Assembly: GCA_043803765.1 (NCBI GenBank)
Contig: JAZDJQ010000012.1
Location: 1,165-65,164 of the forward strand
DNA from: Candidatus Iainarchaeum sp.
Lineage (GTDB): Archaea; Iainarchaeota; Iainarchaeia; Iainarchaeales; VGJJ01
DNA: 64,000 nucleotides
Direction of reading: 5' to 3'
Below are positions 29,562 to 37,557 of this stretch, in pieces; position 1 is the stretch's first letter; the number at the start of each line of letters is the position of its first letter. A program made the translations under genes and the position numbers. The notes under the pieces are model-generated. The model ran no database searches, was not told where the DNA came from, and was given only the letters and a program-made list of their open reading frames with translations.

Positions 29562-31088
29562 TCACATCAACCAATGGCCATGTTTGAAGCTTCCGGCCAT
29601 GCGGGCAATCTTGACAGCGAAGGCATATCCCAATCCGACGAACACGAGAAAAGGAAAATAAATGAAGGATTTGCTCTCGAAAAACTTGAGACCGCGAGGA
29701 GAGGATAGTTCGAGCTCTCTTTCGGAATCCTTCCACAACCCCGTGACAACCTTGAAGTCTTCAACCGGATCTACAAAAAACTTCCATCTTACGTGGAGGA
29801 ATTCATCGCACAATTTAGTGGGGTGTTTCTTGTGCAATAGAACATCATTCATATGATACTTGAGTCGCTGGTGCGTGTATTTCAATATCGCCCGGACGCC
29901 CTTCGGGGATACCAGCGTGCGATCCTCCGTATACATTTTTGATGCGGTAGGTATTCGGACATATTCAAATCCTAATTCCATGATTCGAAAGGAAAGATCA
30001 GTATCCTCTCGGTAATAAAAAAAATCTTCATCGTATCCGCCAAGGTGATCCAATATCGTCTTTCGGAATCCCGTGCTGGTTCCACCATAATGTCCATATG
30101 CCGAAACCGCTCCTACGCATGGGGAATCAAATCCATTCACCAGTGTTTGCAACCAGTTTTTTTGGGGAACGCAGTCATGATCCATATTGATGACTACCTC
30201 ATGCTTCGCGGCATTGATCCCTGCGTTCCTCGCCTTGCATACGCCGGAGCGGGGTAAAAAAATGAGGGAGATGCGGGGATTTTTTTGGAAGTTTTTTTTC
30301 AACAAGAATGGAGTTTTCCCATCATAGCTTCCATCATCCACCACGATTATTTCGTATTTCCCCTTGAAGTCCTGACGGAGCATTCCATTCACGGCCTTGA
30401 TGAGAGGCTCTCCTCCATTAAGGGTGGCCACGACAATACTGGCCGTTTGAGGGGGCCAAGTCTTTTTCGTTTCGTTTTTTTTCAATCCCACTCCATGTTC
30501 CAAGGCAAGTCGGGTCAGAATATGGGAGATGTATCCATCTTCAACGTCTCCGCGCGCGGCGACCTTTATTTGAGCCTCATGGAGGGTGGTTTTCCATTCC
30601 TTGAGAGACTCTACTACCACCCCATCGCCGCGCGAGGCAATGGTATGGGCGAGTTCAAGCTGATGGTCATCCGTATGTTCTCCGTTCTCCCTGTGTCGGG
30701 GCATGATGATAAGGGGTTTCCCCATTTGCAGTGCGGTGCCAATGTTTCCCTCTCCAGCATGCGTGACAAATAGGCGGCACTCGGAGAGGTTTTTTTCAAA
30801 CGTGGGAATGCTCATGAATGAGGTGACTTTCATTTTGGGGTGAGTGAATGGTGTGTTCCCAGACTGCACCACGACTTCTTCCTGGATGATTTTTTGATCG
30901 ACAAGCATCGCGATTTCATTCAACAATCGGTAGAAGGGTTGAGGATGGGTTCCCACGGAGACAAAAATCATGATTGGTTCCTCGCAAAGATGGATCCGGC
31001 ATACACGCCGGAGGGGTAATATTTTTTGAGGCTTGGCCACTGGTATAGTACGCGATCGGCAAACAGGGAAATGATTCTCCCGCTCCAA
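29562..31088 (-). CDS. Bifunctional Alg13-like (GT28 C-terminal domain) :: GT2 glycosyltransferase fusion
   Basis: Alg13/MurG-C-like MIFVSVGT...THAGEGNIGTALQMGKPLIIMPR, followed after a linker by GT2 IVVATLN...IIVVDDGSYDG...DHDCVP. The probable start is the MIFVSVGT methionine near 30974; the first 38 codons of the ORF would otherwise overlap the Alg14-like gene. Confidence 0.65.
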   Translation of the reverse strand: MERENHFPVCRSRTIPVAKPQKILPLRRVCRIHLCEEPIMIFVSVGTHPQPFYRLLNEIAMLVDQKIIQEEVVVQSGNTPFTHPKMKVTSFMSIPTFEKNLSECRLFVTHAGEGNIGTALQMGKPLIIMPRHRENGEHTDDHQLELAHTIASRGDGVVVESLKEWKTTLHEAQIKVAARGDVEDGYISHILTRLALEHGVGLKKNETKKTWPPQTASIVVATLNGGEPLIKAVNGMLRQDFKGKYEIIVVDDGSYDGKTPFLLKKNFQKNPRISLIFLPRSGVCKARNAGINAAKHEVVINMDHDCVPQKNWLQTLVNGFDSPCVGAVSAYGHYGGTSTGFRKTILDHLGGYDEDFFYYREDTDLSFRIMELGFEYVRIPTASKMYTEDRTLVSPKGVRAILKYTHQRLKYHMNDVLLHKKHPTKLCDEFLHVRWKFFVDPVEDFKVVTGLWKDSERELELSSPRGLKFFESKSFIYFPFLVFVGLGYAFAVKIARMAGSFKHGHWLM

Positions 31089-31426
31089 CTCGGAGTGTAG
31101 GGTCGGCAGTAGCTCTCAATGAATATGACAGGAACTCCCCGCAGCTTGGCGGCAAGGCATACGGGGACCGTCACATCGGCTCCGGTAGACACTACCATGC
31201 GAGGCTTGACCTCATCCACAATGGAAAGGGCACGGATGAATGCACGAATGGTAGTGATGGGATTCCGCGCAGGGCGAGTGATGAAATACACGGTTTCTTT
31301 TTCAGCCAATGAGATGGTGTCCGGTCGTTCGAACGTGATGAAGCAGTGGGGTGCTTTTTCATAGAAGGATTTCAATTGCCTCATCTCAGTGAGGTGCCCC
31401 CCGGCGGAGCAGGTAAGCATAATCAT
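30968..31426 (-). CDS. Alg14-like glycosyltransferase membrane-anchor/acceptor subunit
   Basis: MIMLTCSAGGHLTEM...VVSTGADVTVPVCLAAKLRGVPVIFIESYCRP matches the Alg14 family pattern. 152 aa, immediately upstream of the Alg13-like fusion. Confidence 0.65.
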   Translation of the reverse strand: MIMLTCSAGGHLTEMRQLKSFYEKAPHCFITFERPDTISLAEKETVYFITRPARNPITTIRAFIRALSIVDEVKPRMVVSTGADVTVPVCLAAKLRGVPVIFIESYCRPYTPSWSGRIISLFADRVLYQWPSLKKYYPSGVYAGSIFARNQS

Positions 31427-31429
31427 GCG

Positions 31430-32542
31430 TCATGTACCCCCATACAATGCAATGGCTTGCGTATGGTTGAGCCAAAAAAGAAGGAGGGTTATAACGATGA
31501 CCACGACTTGCATCCCAAGGATAATCAACACCACCTGCTTCTCGGTGAATCGTCCCATGCGCATGACGACATGAGTCAGACTGCCTATTTTCTCAGGGCT
31601 CTTGAGGATGCCATCCGATTGGATAATGCCAAAGCTCTGAGCCTGCATTTTCGTGCGACCCTTGAGGATAAGCTCGACGAAATAGAGGCCAAAAATCATG
31701 ATTCCTATTTTTTCCATGTTCCCAATCACGCACGCGGAGGCAATAGCGGCGCCCATCATGAGGGTGAATGAGTCTCCGGGAAATATTTTAGCCGGGGTCC
31801 AATTGTAGACCAAGAATGCGAGAACGGCTCCAATGAGCCCGACCATGATAATGGCGACCTCAATGCGACCCAATACCAATGCGACAATTAGCACGGCGAA
31901 GGCATTAAGCAGTCCCATCCCTCCTTCCAATCCATTCAATCCAGCCAGCATATTGGTGGCGTTGCTTGCTCCCGTGACCGCAATAGGAACCAACATGAGT
32001 GCGTATATAATTCCAAAGTTCATGAATCCCAAAAAGGGAATATCCACTCCCGTGTTCCCAATCGTTTGCGGTAATACCATTAGGGGAAATGCGGCAAAAA
32101 TGGGGAACAGGGCGTGCTGGTATTGCCGTATCCCTTTCGTCCACCCAATCACATCATCCACCATTCCAATGAGCCCAACCATAATGATGGTGAGCAAGGC
32201 TGCGAGCACAGACAACAAGTCGATATCCTGGAAAAGGTCAAAGTATGAATGAAATGCGAGCGCAATCATAATGGAGAAGACGAAAGAAAGAAGAACGATA
32301 ACCCCGCCCATCCCTGCTACGACATGACTTCCTTCCATTTTGTTGAAGTCATTCCACACGATTTTCTGCAGGTGCATCCTCCTGATAAAAAAGGGAAAAG
32401 TAGAATGAGCCACAATGAAGGAAATTGCGGCAATCGAGAGAAAATTGAATGGATAGATGTTCATCCATGCGAATGACAATGCGAGAAAAAAGAAAACGAG
32501 AATGGGAATTTTTTTCATCATGGGAATCATCCACTCATACAA
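31430..32542 (-). CDS. aglH: UDP-GlcNAc:polyprenol-phosphate GlcNAc-1-phosphate transferase (MraY/WecA/GPT family, archaeal AglH-like)
   Basis: Ten or more TM helices, VDDV (DDxxD-like) motif and ATNMLAGLNGLEGGMG (NxxNxxDGxDGL-type) motif. Confidence 0.75.
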   Translation of the reverse strand: MYEWMIPMMKKIPILVFFFLALSFAWMNIYPFNFLSIAAISFIVAHSTFPFFIRRMHLQKIVWNDFNKMEGSHVVAGMGGVIVLLSFVFSIMIALAFHSYFDLFQDIDLLSVLAALLTIIMVGLIGMVDDVIGWTKGIRQYQHALFPIFAAFPLMVLPQTIGNTGVDIPFLGFMNFGIIYALMLVPIAVTGASNATNMLAGLNGLEGGMGLLNAFAVLIVALVLGRIEVAIIMVGLIGAVLAFLVYNWTPAKIFPGDSFTLMMGAAIASACVIGNMEKIGIMIFGLYFVELILKGRTKMQAQSFGIIQSDGILKSPEKIGSLTHVVMRMGRFTEKQVVLIILGMQVVVIVITLLLFWLNHTQAIALYGGT

Positions 32543-32605
32543 GAGGAAGAATATTCAAAAACGATTCTCGGTGGCTATTAAAGCGCACGTGGTGCAACTC
32601 TCGAA

Positions 32606-34921
32606 TCACTCGGTGTTGGTGTCCAAGATGTTGGCATCGGCAACACCTGCGTTCGCATCCACAATAATCGTATCACCTTCCACACTCCCCCCGTCCCGTA
32701 GAAGAATAGCTTTCGGATTAAACCCCCAGATGCGAACCCCCCCAGTATTCGAGTAGAGAGCAGGGAACGTCTCTTCTAAAGTTGGATCATCGAACCATAA
32801 TCGCACGAGCATGGTAGAATTGGATTTCGTCGTGAACACATACAAGCGGCTCATGGCCTTGTCCCGATATAAGTGAAGCGGGGAACCTCCTTGAAGCAGG
32901 GTGGGTTGTCCATTCCAGACGGTAGAAAATGCTTCCATCTGGGCAGGAGTAAAAGTGTTGTCGCCACACTTGTACGAGACTTCCTTCGTGAGGGTTGTCT
33001 CTTCTCTCGAACAGAAAAGCATGGATCCTCCGAATTCCATAATTCGAGGATCATTAGCCATGATCACATTATATGCATAGAATCCAAGATTGGTCTGCTT
33101 GGTCAAAAGGTCATCCCCAAAAATGAGATGGGTCGATCCATACTTTGTCAACAACCCCACAGCCTCATCCATGTTATCCGTAATAAGAAATAGAGCCACG
33201 TCAGCGGATGCTTTCAAATCAGTATTCCGATTGTCGACAATCACTCCCCGCTGAGCCAGAAATGTAATCCAATGCCCCTCATCCCACCAGTTGAAGAATT
33301 TAGCATCCGGGGGGAGATGTTCATCGGACCAAAATAGGGCAGTCTTCCATCCCCAGGAGGACTCGATGTTGGGAGTATTCTCTTCCACAAAAAAGATTCC
33401 GGCCGCCAATCCGAAGAGCAATGAAAAACCAATTGCCGCAATGATAATCTTCTGAGTCCCAACGCTCCGTTTCTCCATGGAACGGTGGGTTAGATGCAAT
33501 ACGACTGCTCCCATGAGAGCGAGAGGCAATCCCCAATAAAACGTGAATTTAAGTTTTCCCCACGCGAGAATGAACGCAATGACAATCCACACGAGCGGGA
33601 TGACCAACTGGTGGTGGGATTGGGGCCGCTTCCATAACAGATAGACGCAGGAGGGAATCCCCAACAAAGCAAAAACGACGAGCATACTATACTTGTTCCC
33701 GAAATAATTGCTCCCCTGACTCTCTTCACCAATAGTGGCTCCCAGCACTCCTCCTCCTGTGAGAGTATAGTTGAATAGTACAACAAAAATAGGGATGAAC
33801 AGCAATAGCAGGATTGACAATACATAGAGTCCATTCACTGCTTTCTGCCACCTATCATCCTTGCGTGAGAACCGCTCGCAAACGGCGAAGAAACCCACGG
33901 CTGCAAGTATTAAGATGATAGTGAAATGCCACGAGAGTTCAATCCCAATGAGGCGCAGTCCCAGATTGGATGCGATTTGGTCCATCCAGAAAGTTCCCGT
34001 TTGTATGGTAGAGATGATCACGAACGGAATGAATGCGGCCAGCCATACGAGACCGAAATGCCTCGCTTCTGCGTGTTCATTGCGTGCGAGGAAAGAGAGA
34101 AACCCCACTGCTCCAATCCCCATGAGAATCGGAACTAATTGATTCGAACCGGGCCAGGACAATACCATCCCCCCAAAACATATTCCTGCGGCCACGCCGA
34201 ATCCGATACGACGCTTCAATTTCGTTTCATTATACGCGGCTTTGACGAAGAAGAACAATCCAAAGACCATCCATAGGAAGCCGAACGAGTCGTCCTCGAA
34301 GAATCCCCCCATCGTGCGATAAACAAAAGCGGGAACAACCGCGGCAAGAATCCCTGCGAATAGTCCCGTCGACCGTTCATATTTTCCATGAAACAATTCC
34401 TTTCCAAGAAAATACATCCCTACACACGCCAATGCTCCATATAATGCAGGGAGAATTTTTACCCACAGAATCCAATTCTCGAGTACATATTTTCCATTGA
34501 GTGTAAAAATCTTGTAAATCGCCGCAGAGACATACCAGAAGAAGGAAGGAGTATTGGTGAGCGTGGCCGCAGCCGCATTCTGGTAATAGGCGAGCGGATC
34601 AAATGCAGGCGCGGGCAACCCTTGGAGGATGTAGGACACCATGCGCGCATGCCAGTATGAGTCAAACTCAAAAAAGAGTTCAAACCGCATCAAGTGGGCG
34701 CGGACAATGAATCCTAAAACGAAAACAAGTCCAACAAACAAACTTTCCTTGGAAAGAATAATGCGTTTCAGACGCTCAACAATTGTATTAGGAGAATGAT
34801 GCGCAGAAGAAGCCGTTTTTTCTTCCATTAGAGGAATTCCCTCAGACGCGTGAGCAGTGAGAGTAGCATGCGCAGCGTGTTCTGCTTCCTGCACGTTTTC
34901 AAGCGAGGGTTCCATAATCAA
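32606..34921 (-). CDS. aglB: Oligosaccharyltransferase AglB/STT3
   Basis: 771 aa. N-terminal 13-TM region, then a soluble C-terminal domain with the WWDxG catalytic motif (WWDEGHW). Confidence 0.75.
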   Translation of the reverse strand: MIMEPSLENVQEAEHAAHATLTAHASEGIPLMEEKTASSAHHSPNTIVERLKRIILSKESLFVGLVFVLGFIVRAHLMRFELFFEFDSYWHARMVSYILQGLPAPAFDPLAYYQNAAAATLTNTPSFFWYVSAAIYKIFTLNGKYVLENWILWVKILPALYGALACVGMYFLGKELFHGKYERSTGLFAGILAAVVPAFVYRTMGGFFEDDSFGFLWMVFGLFFFVKAAYNETKLKRRIGFGVAAGICFGGMVLSWPGSNQLVPILMGIGAVGFLSFLARNEHAEARHFGLVWLAAFIPFVIISTIQTGTFWMDQIASNLGLRLIGIELSWHFTIILILAAVGFFAVCERFSRKDDRWQKAVNGLYVLSILLLLFIPIFVVLFNYTLTGGGVLGATIGEESQGSNYFGNKYSMLVVFALLGIPSCVYLLWKRPQSHHQLVIPLVWIVIAFILAWGKLKFTFYWGLPLALMGAVVLHLTHRSMEKRSVGTQKIIIAAIGFSLLFGLAAGIFFVEENTPNIESSWGWKTALFWSDEHLPPDAKFFNWWDEGHWITFLAQRGVIVDNRNTDLKASADVALFLITDNMDEAVGLLTKYGSTHLIFGDDLLTKQTNLGFYAYNVIMANDPRIMEFGGSMLFCSREETTLTKEVSYKCGDNTFTPAQMEAFSTVWNGQPTLLQGGSPLHLYRDKAMSRLYVFTTKSNSTMLVRLWFDDPTLEETFPALYSNTGGVRIWGFNPKAILLRDGGSVEGDTIIVDANAGVADANILDTNTE

Positions 34922-34954
34922 TAAGAAACATCAAATCGTTATAAAGACATCTGC

Positions 34955-35200
34955 GGGCGGAAAAAAAGTAAAAGAATGAGTGTTGACAGCGCTGCCGCGG
35001 GCCGTTTTCGCCCGGCCGCACCGAAAAACGGGTACCATTGTATGGTACCCCTATCGAGGAAAAAAAGTAAAAGAATGAGTGTTGACAGCGTTGGTGCGGC
35101 TCCGAGGAAAACCCCAGCGCCACGAGCCACGGGTTCTCGTTTCACTTCCGGGTTCGAAATGGGTCCGGGTGGGGCCAAGTCCCTATGACTGTCAACAAGA
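34955..35200. repeat. Intergenic structured element: 31-bp perfect direct repeat x2 with nested hairpins and a distal inverted partner. Candidate ncRNA or recombination site
   Basis: aaaaaaagtaaaagaatgagtgttgacagcg occurs at about 34961-34991 and 35060-35090. Hairpins cgggc-N7-gcccg and gggtacc-N7-ggtaccc lie between the copies. gccgcacc (copy-1 unit) and ggtgcggc (copy-2 unit) are complementary. tgttgacag pairs with ctgtcaaca at about 35188-35196. A GGTTCGAAAT T-loop-like motif sits at about 35150 without a full cloverleaf. Confidence 0.3.
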
Positions 35201-35248
35201 ATAAACTGCCTAGAAAAGGGTTAAAAAGGTTGGGCTGGGCAAACCCTC

Positions 35249-35614
35249 TCATTCGTCGCCGATGGACATAATCTGAAAGCCGTATTTTTCTACCTCTTCC
35301 TTAGACCAAAAATTCTGTTGTTTGGTTTTACTAACCCATGTTATTTTTTTCCTGATAGAGCGGCCAGTGTATTGTTTTGTTTGAGGATTCCATTCTTCTA
35401 AAATAAGAACATCCCCCGGGTTGCACTCAAAATCGGCCAATCGAAGCTCAAACTTTTTTTGACCCAATGTAATCGCATCAAAAAATTGCGGCCAAGTTTT
35501 CTTATGAATTTCTTTGCGTAGCATTTTTTCACCAAGTATTTTTACAAAACAAAAAGGCGATGTGAAACAACTTTTCCCCAGGATTTTTGCAATAAAGCAA
35601 AAAGGCCGAATCAC
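35249..35614 (-). CDS. DUF3850/ASCH-like PUA-fold small protein
   Basis: KTWPQFFDAITLGQKKFELRLADFECNPGDVLILEEWNP...YTGR resembles DUF3850/ASCH domains. The ORF-track start is GTG; the probable real start is the ATG at about 35524 (MLRKEIHKK), giving about 91 aa. Confidence 0.5.
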   Translation of the reverse strand: MIRPFCFIAKILGKSCFTSPFCFVKILGEKMLRKEIHKKTWPQFFDAITLGQKKFELRLADFECNPGDVLILEEWNPQTKQYTGRSIRKKITWVSKTKQQNFWSKEEVEKYGFQIMSIGDE

Positions 35615-36561
35615 AGCAACTCGTCTTCCTCTTCTTTCGCATCGTCTTCTTCATCCTCGTCATCGTCTTCGCCTTTCACTTTCTTTTTTTTCGGCGGGAT
35701 TTTGACGGGGGCTTTGCGGTTTTTTCCTTTGATGGGAGAAAGGTCGATCTCATCTTCCTCTTCTTCGTCTTCATCAGGCAGGGGAAGTTCCTCTTCATTC
35801 TCGTTTTCTTCTGCTTCGTGTACCCGCCCGTGTGTTGGAATATTTTGTTTGACGTGCGTCGGTTTCACCGGCACGACAGGAATTTCTTCTTCATCCTCTT
35901 CGTCTTCTAAATCCTCATCATCTTCTACAACCATGGGAGTGGTTTTCTTTTTTGTTGCACTTCCGCTCGTAAGTCCGCGTACCAAATCATCGGCTGTTTC
36001 AAGTCCGCGAATCATTTCTTTTTCATTTTTTGCTCCAGCGCAAATGACTTTTCCGTTTTTGAAAAGCAACATGGTGAGTTTAGGGTCATCCAATCGTAAG
36101 ATTGCACCCGGAAATTGTTCGGGTTCGTATTCCACATTGTCTAATTGCATGGCGGTGGCAAACAAATCCAAGTTTTGGTGCAAATTTCCTGTTGCCACCA
36201 GATTCACAACATCGTATTCAATCTTTTTCAGAATTTTGACAGTGGGTTGTATTTCATTAATCATTTTGTTTACTTTTTTTATTGCCACATCAATCTGGCT
36301 TTGGGCGCTGGCTCCCGAGCAGATGATTTTTCCGTTTTTGAATAACAGCATGGACACTTTGGGCTCTTTCATTTTGAGAATGGCCCCTGGAAACTGTTCG
36401 GGCTCATACTCAATGTTGGGGATGGACATGGCTAAATTGTACAAGTCTAAGTTGGCGTTCAGTCCACCACTCGCAACCAAGTTCACGATGGCATAGTCAA
36501 TCGTTCTTCCCTTGTGGTCAAAGGAATGTTGTTCAAATACTTGTCCGGAACCCTCACTCAT
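35611..36561 (-). CDS. tbp: TATA-box binding protein with about 110-aa charged C-terminal extension
   Basis: Two TBP repeats (VNLVASGGLNANLDLYNLAM...EYEPEQFPGAILKM / VNLVATGNLHQNLDLFATAM...EYEPEQFPGAILRL) followed by a D/E-rich and K-rich tail (DDEDLEDEEDEEE...KKKKVKGEDDDEDEEDDAKEEEDELL). Confidence 0.85.
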   Translation of the reverse strand: MSEGSGQVFEQHSFDHKGRTIDYAIVNLVASGGLNANLDLYNLAMSIPNIEYEPEQFPGAILKMKEPKVSMLLFKNGKIICSGASAQSQIDVAIKKVNKMINEIQPTVKILKKIEYDVVNLVATGNLHQNLDLFATAMQLDNVEYEPEQFPGAILRLDDPKLTMLLFKNGKVICAGAKNEKEMIRGLETADDLVRGLTSGSATKKKTTPMVVEDDEDLEDEEDEEEIPVVPVKPTHVKQNIPTHGRVHEAEENENEEELPLPDEDEEEEDEIDLSPIKGKNRKAPVKIPPKKKKVKGEDDDEDEEDDAKEEEDELL

Positions 36562-36596
36562 GCATCATCATCTCCCAACCCTTTTTTCCCAACGTA

Positions 36597-36612
36597 GGCG
36601 CTTTTTAAAGCC
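36597..36612 (-). promoter_or_regulatory. Candidate TATA/BRE for tbp
   Basis: tttaaaaa (minus strand) about 40-50 nt upstream of the tbp ATG. Confidence 0.3.
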
Positions 36613-36705
36613 CTTTTATACTCCCTCTCTCTCCCAAAAACCATTTAAATAGAAGACTAACTTCCTCCCCTATTCTAAAGGAGGAAAAAGCCCCTCCGGC
36701 ACGGG

Positions 36706-36720
36706 TTTCTTTATAAAAGA
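36706..36720 (+). promoter_or_regulatory. Candidate TATA box for the rpl21e-rpoF-DUF655-ksgA operon
   Basis: tttctttataaaag about 50 nt upstream of the rpl21e ATG. Confidence 0.35.
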
Positions 36721-36766
36721 TTCCCATTCCCTTGTTGTAGTTGGGAAAGCAGGTTGGGATGACAAT

Positions 36767-37114
36767 ATGGCAGGTAAGAAAGCACGAGGGTGGCGGGCAA
36801 AATCTCGAGCCAAGATAACATCGCGGGGCAACCCTACGGTTACCACACGCTTGCGCACCTATAAGGAAGGGGAAACGGTTCAGATCGTGATTAATGGGAG
36901 AATTCATTCGGGTATGCCTTTTCGTCGTTTTCATGGGTTAACGGGCAACGTGGTGCGGATGCAGGGAAAATCCGTTATTGTAAATGTACAGCAGGGCAGT
37001 CAGTGGTGTGAACTCGTAGTGAATCCCGTACACTTGAAAAGTATTGAACAGCGTGCAATGGACAACGTTGAGAGTGCGGTCGTGGGCGCATTGGAAGGAG
37101 GAAAAGAAGCATGA
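36767..37114 (+). CDS. rpl21e: 50S ribosomal protein L21e
   Basis: MAGKKARGWRAKSR...GETVQIVINGRIHSGMPFRRFHGLTGNVV is characteristic of L21e. Confidence 0.9.
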   Translation: MAGKKARGWRAKSRAKITSRGNPTVTTRLRTYKEGETVQIVINGRIHSGMPFRRFHGLTGNVVRMQGKSVIVNVQQGSQWCELVVNPVHLKSIEQRAMDNVESAVVGALEGGKEA

Positions 37115-37452
37115 TTGGAAAAGAAATCCTTGAACGAAAACCCGTTTCCTTATCCCATATTCGTGATTTTCTTGAAAATAGGGATATGGGGGGAAAGGAG
37201 CCTTCCTATGAGCAAACGCAAACATTGGATTATGTTGTCAAGTTTGCTAAATTACCAAAAGATAAGGCGGAGAGTCTTTTTAACAATTTATTGAATATTG
37301 AAAATATGTCCGAGGATGTTGCGGTGAAAATAGTCGATTTTCTCCCAGAGGATGAGGAAAGCATCAAGATTCTCCTTCCTAAAGGAAACGAACTAACGGA
37401 TGCCCAAATTGGGGAAGTGCTTGCCCTGGTAAAAAAGCACTCGGGTTCCTGA
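37111..37452 (+). CDS. rpoF: DNA-directed RNA polymerase subunit Rpo4/F
   Basis: 113 aa, MIGKEILERK...YEQTQTLDYVVKFAKL...VKIVDFLPEDEE pattern. Sits in the conserved archaeal rpl21e-rpoF-DUF655-ksgA arrangement. Confidence 0.65.
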   Translation: MIGKEILERKPVSLSHIRDFLENRDMGGKEPSYEQTQTLDYVVKFAKLPKDKAESLFNNLLNIENMSEDVAVKIVDFLPEDEESIKILLPKGNELTDAQIGEVLALVKKHSGS

Positions 37453-37557
37453 AAACAGCTTTCCAGCAAAAAAAAGGAAAAGCGGTTTGTTTCAGGTTGA
37501 GAGTGGAAGACACTCATAAATAGACCAATGCATCCCTTTCTTTTGGAGTGAATAAGA

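Noticed and set aside
34961-35090. Possible CRISPR array
   Set aside because: Only two repeat copies, the repeat is A-rich rather than palindromic, and there is no cas gene anywhere in the window.
35100-35180. tRNA-like T-loop motif GGTTCGAAAT with a nearby ...GGGGCCA in the intergenic repeat region
   Set aside because: No acceptor, D or anticodon stems could be built on either strand, and the spacing is too short for a 72-76 nt tRNA. It is treated as part of the structured repeat element, not as a tRNA gene.
34899-35188. Small ORFs (70-79 aa) on both strands across the intergenic repeat
   Set aside because: They overlap one another inside the repeat/hairpin region, have low-complexity Ala/Arg/Pro composition and no start context. 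Most likely non-coding.
35702-36496. 264-aa antisense ORF inside tbp (Ser/Phe-rich low-complexity) and similar long antisense ORFs, e.g. 40271-41005 inside ftsZ and 28696-29247 inside the flippase
   Set aside because: They lie entirely inside strongly supported genes on the opposite strand and are compositionally biased. Classic shadow ORFs.
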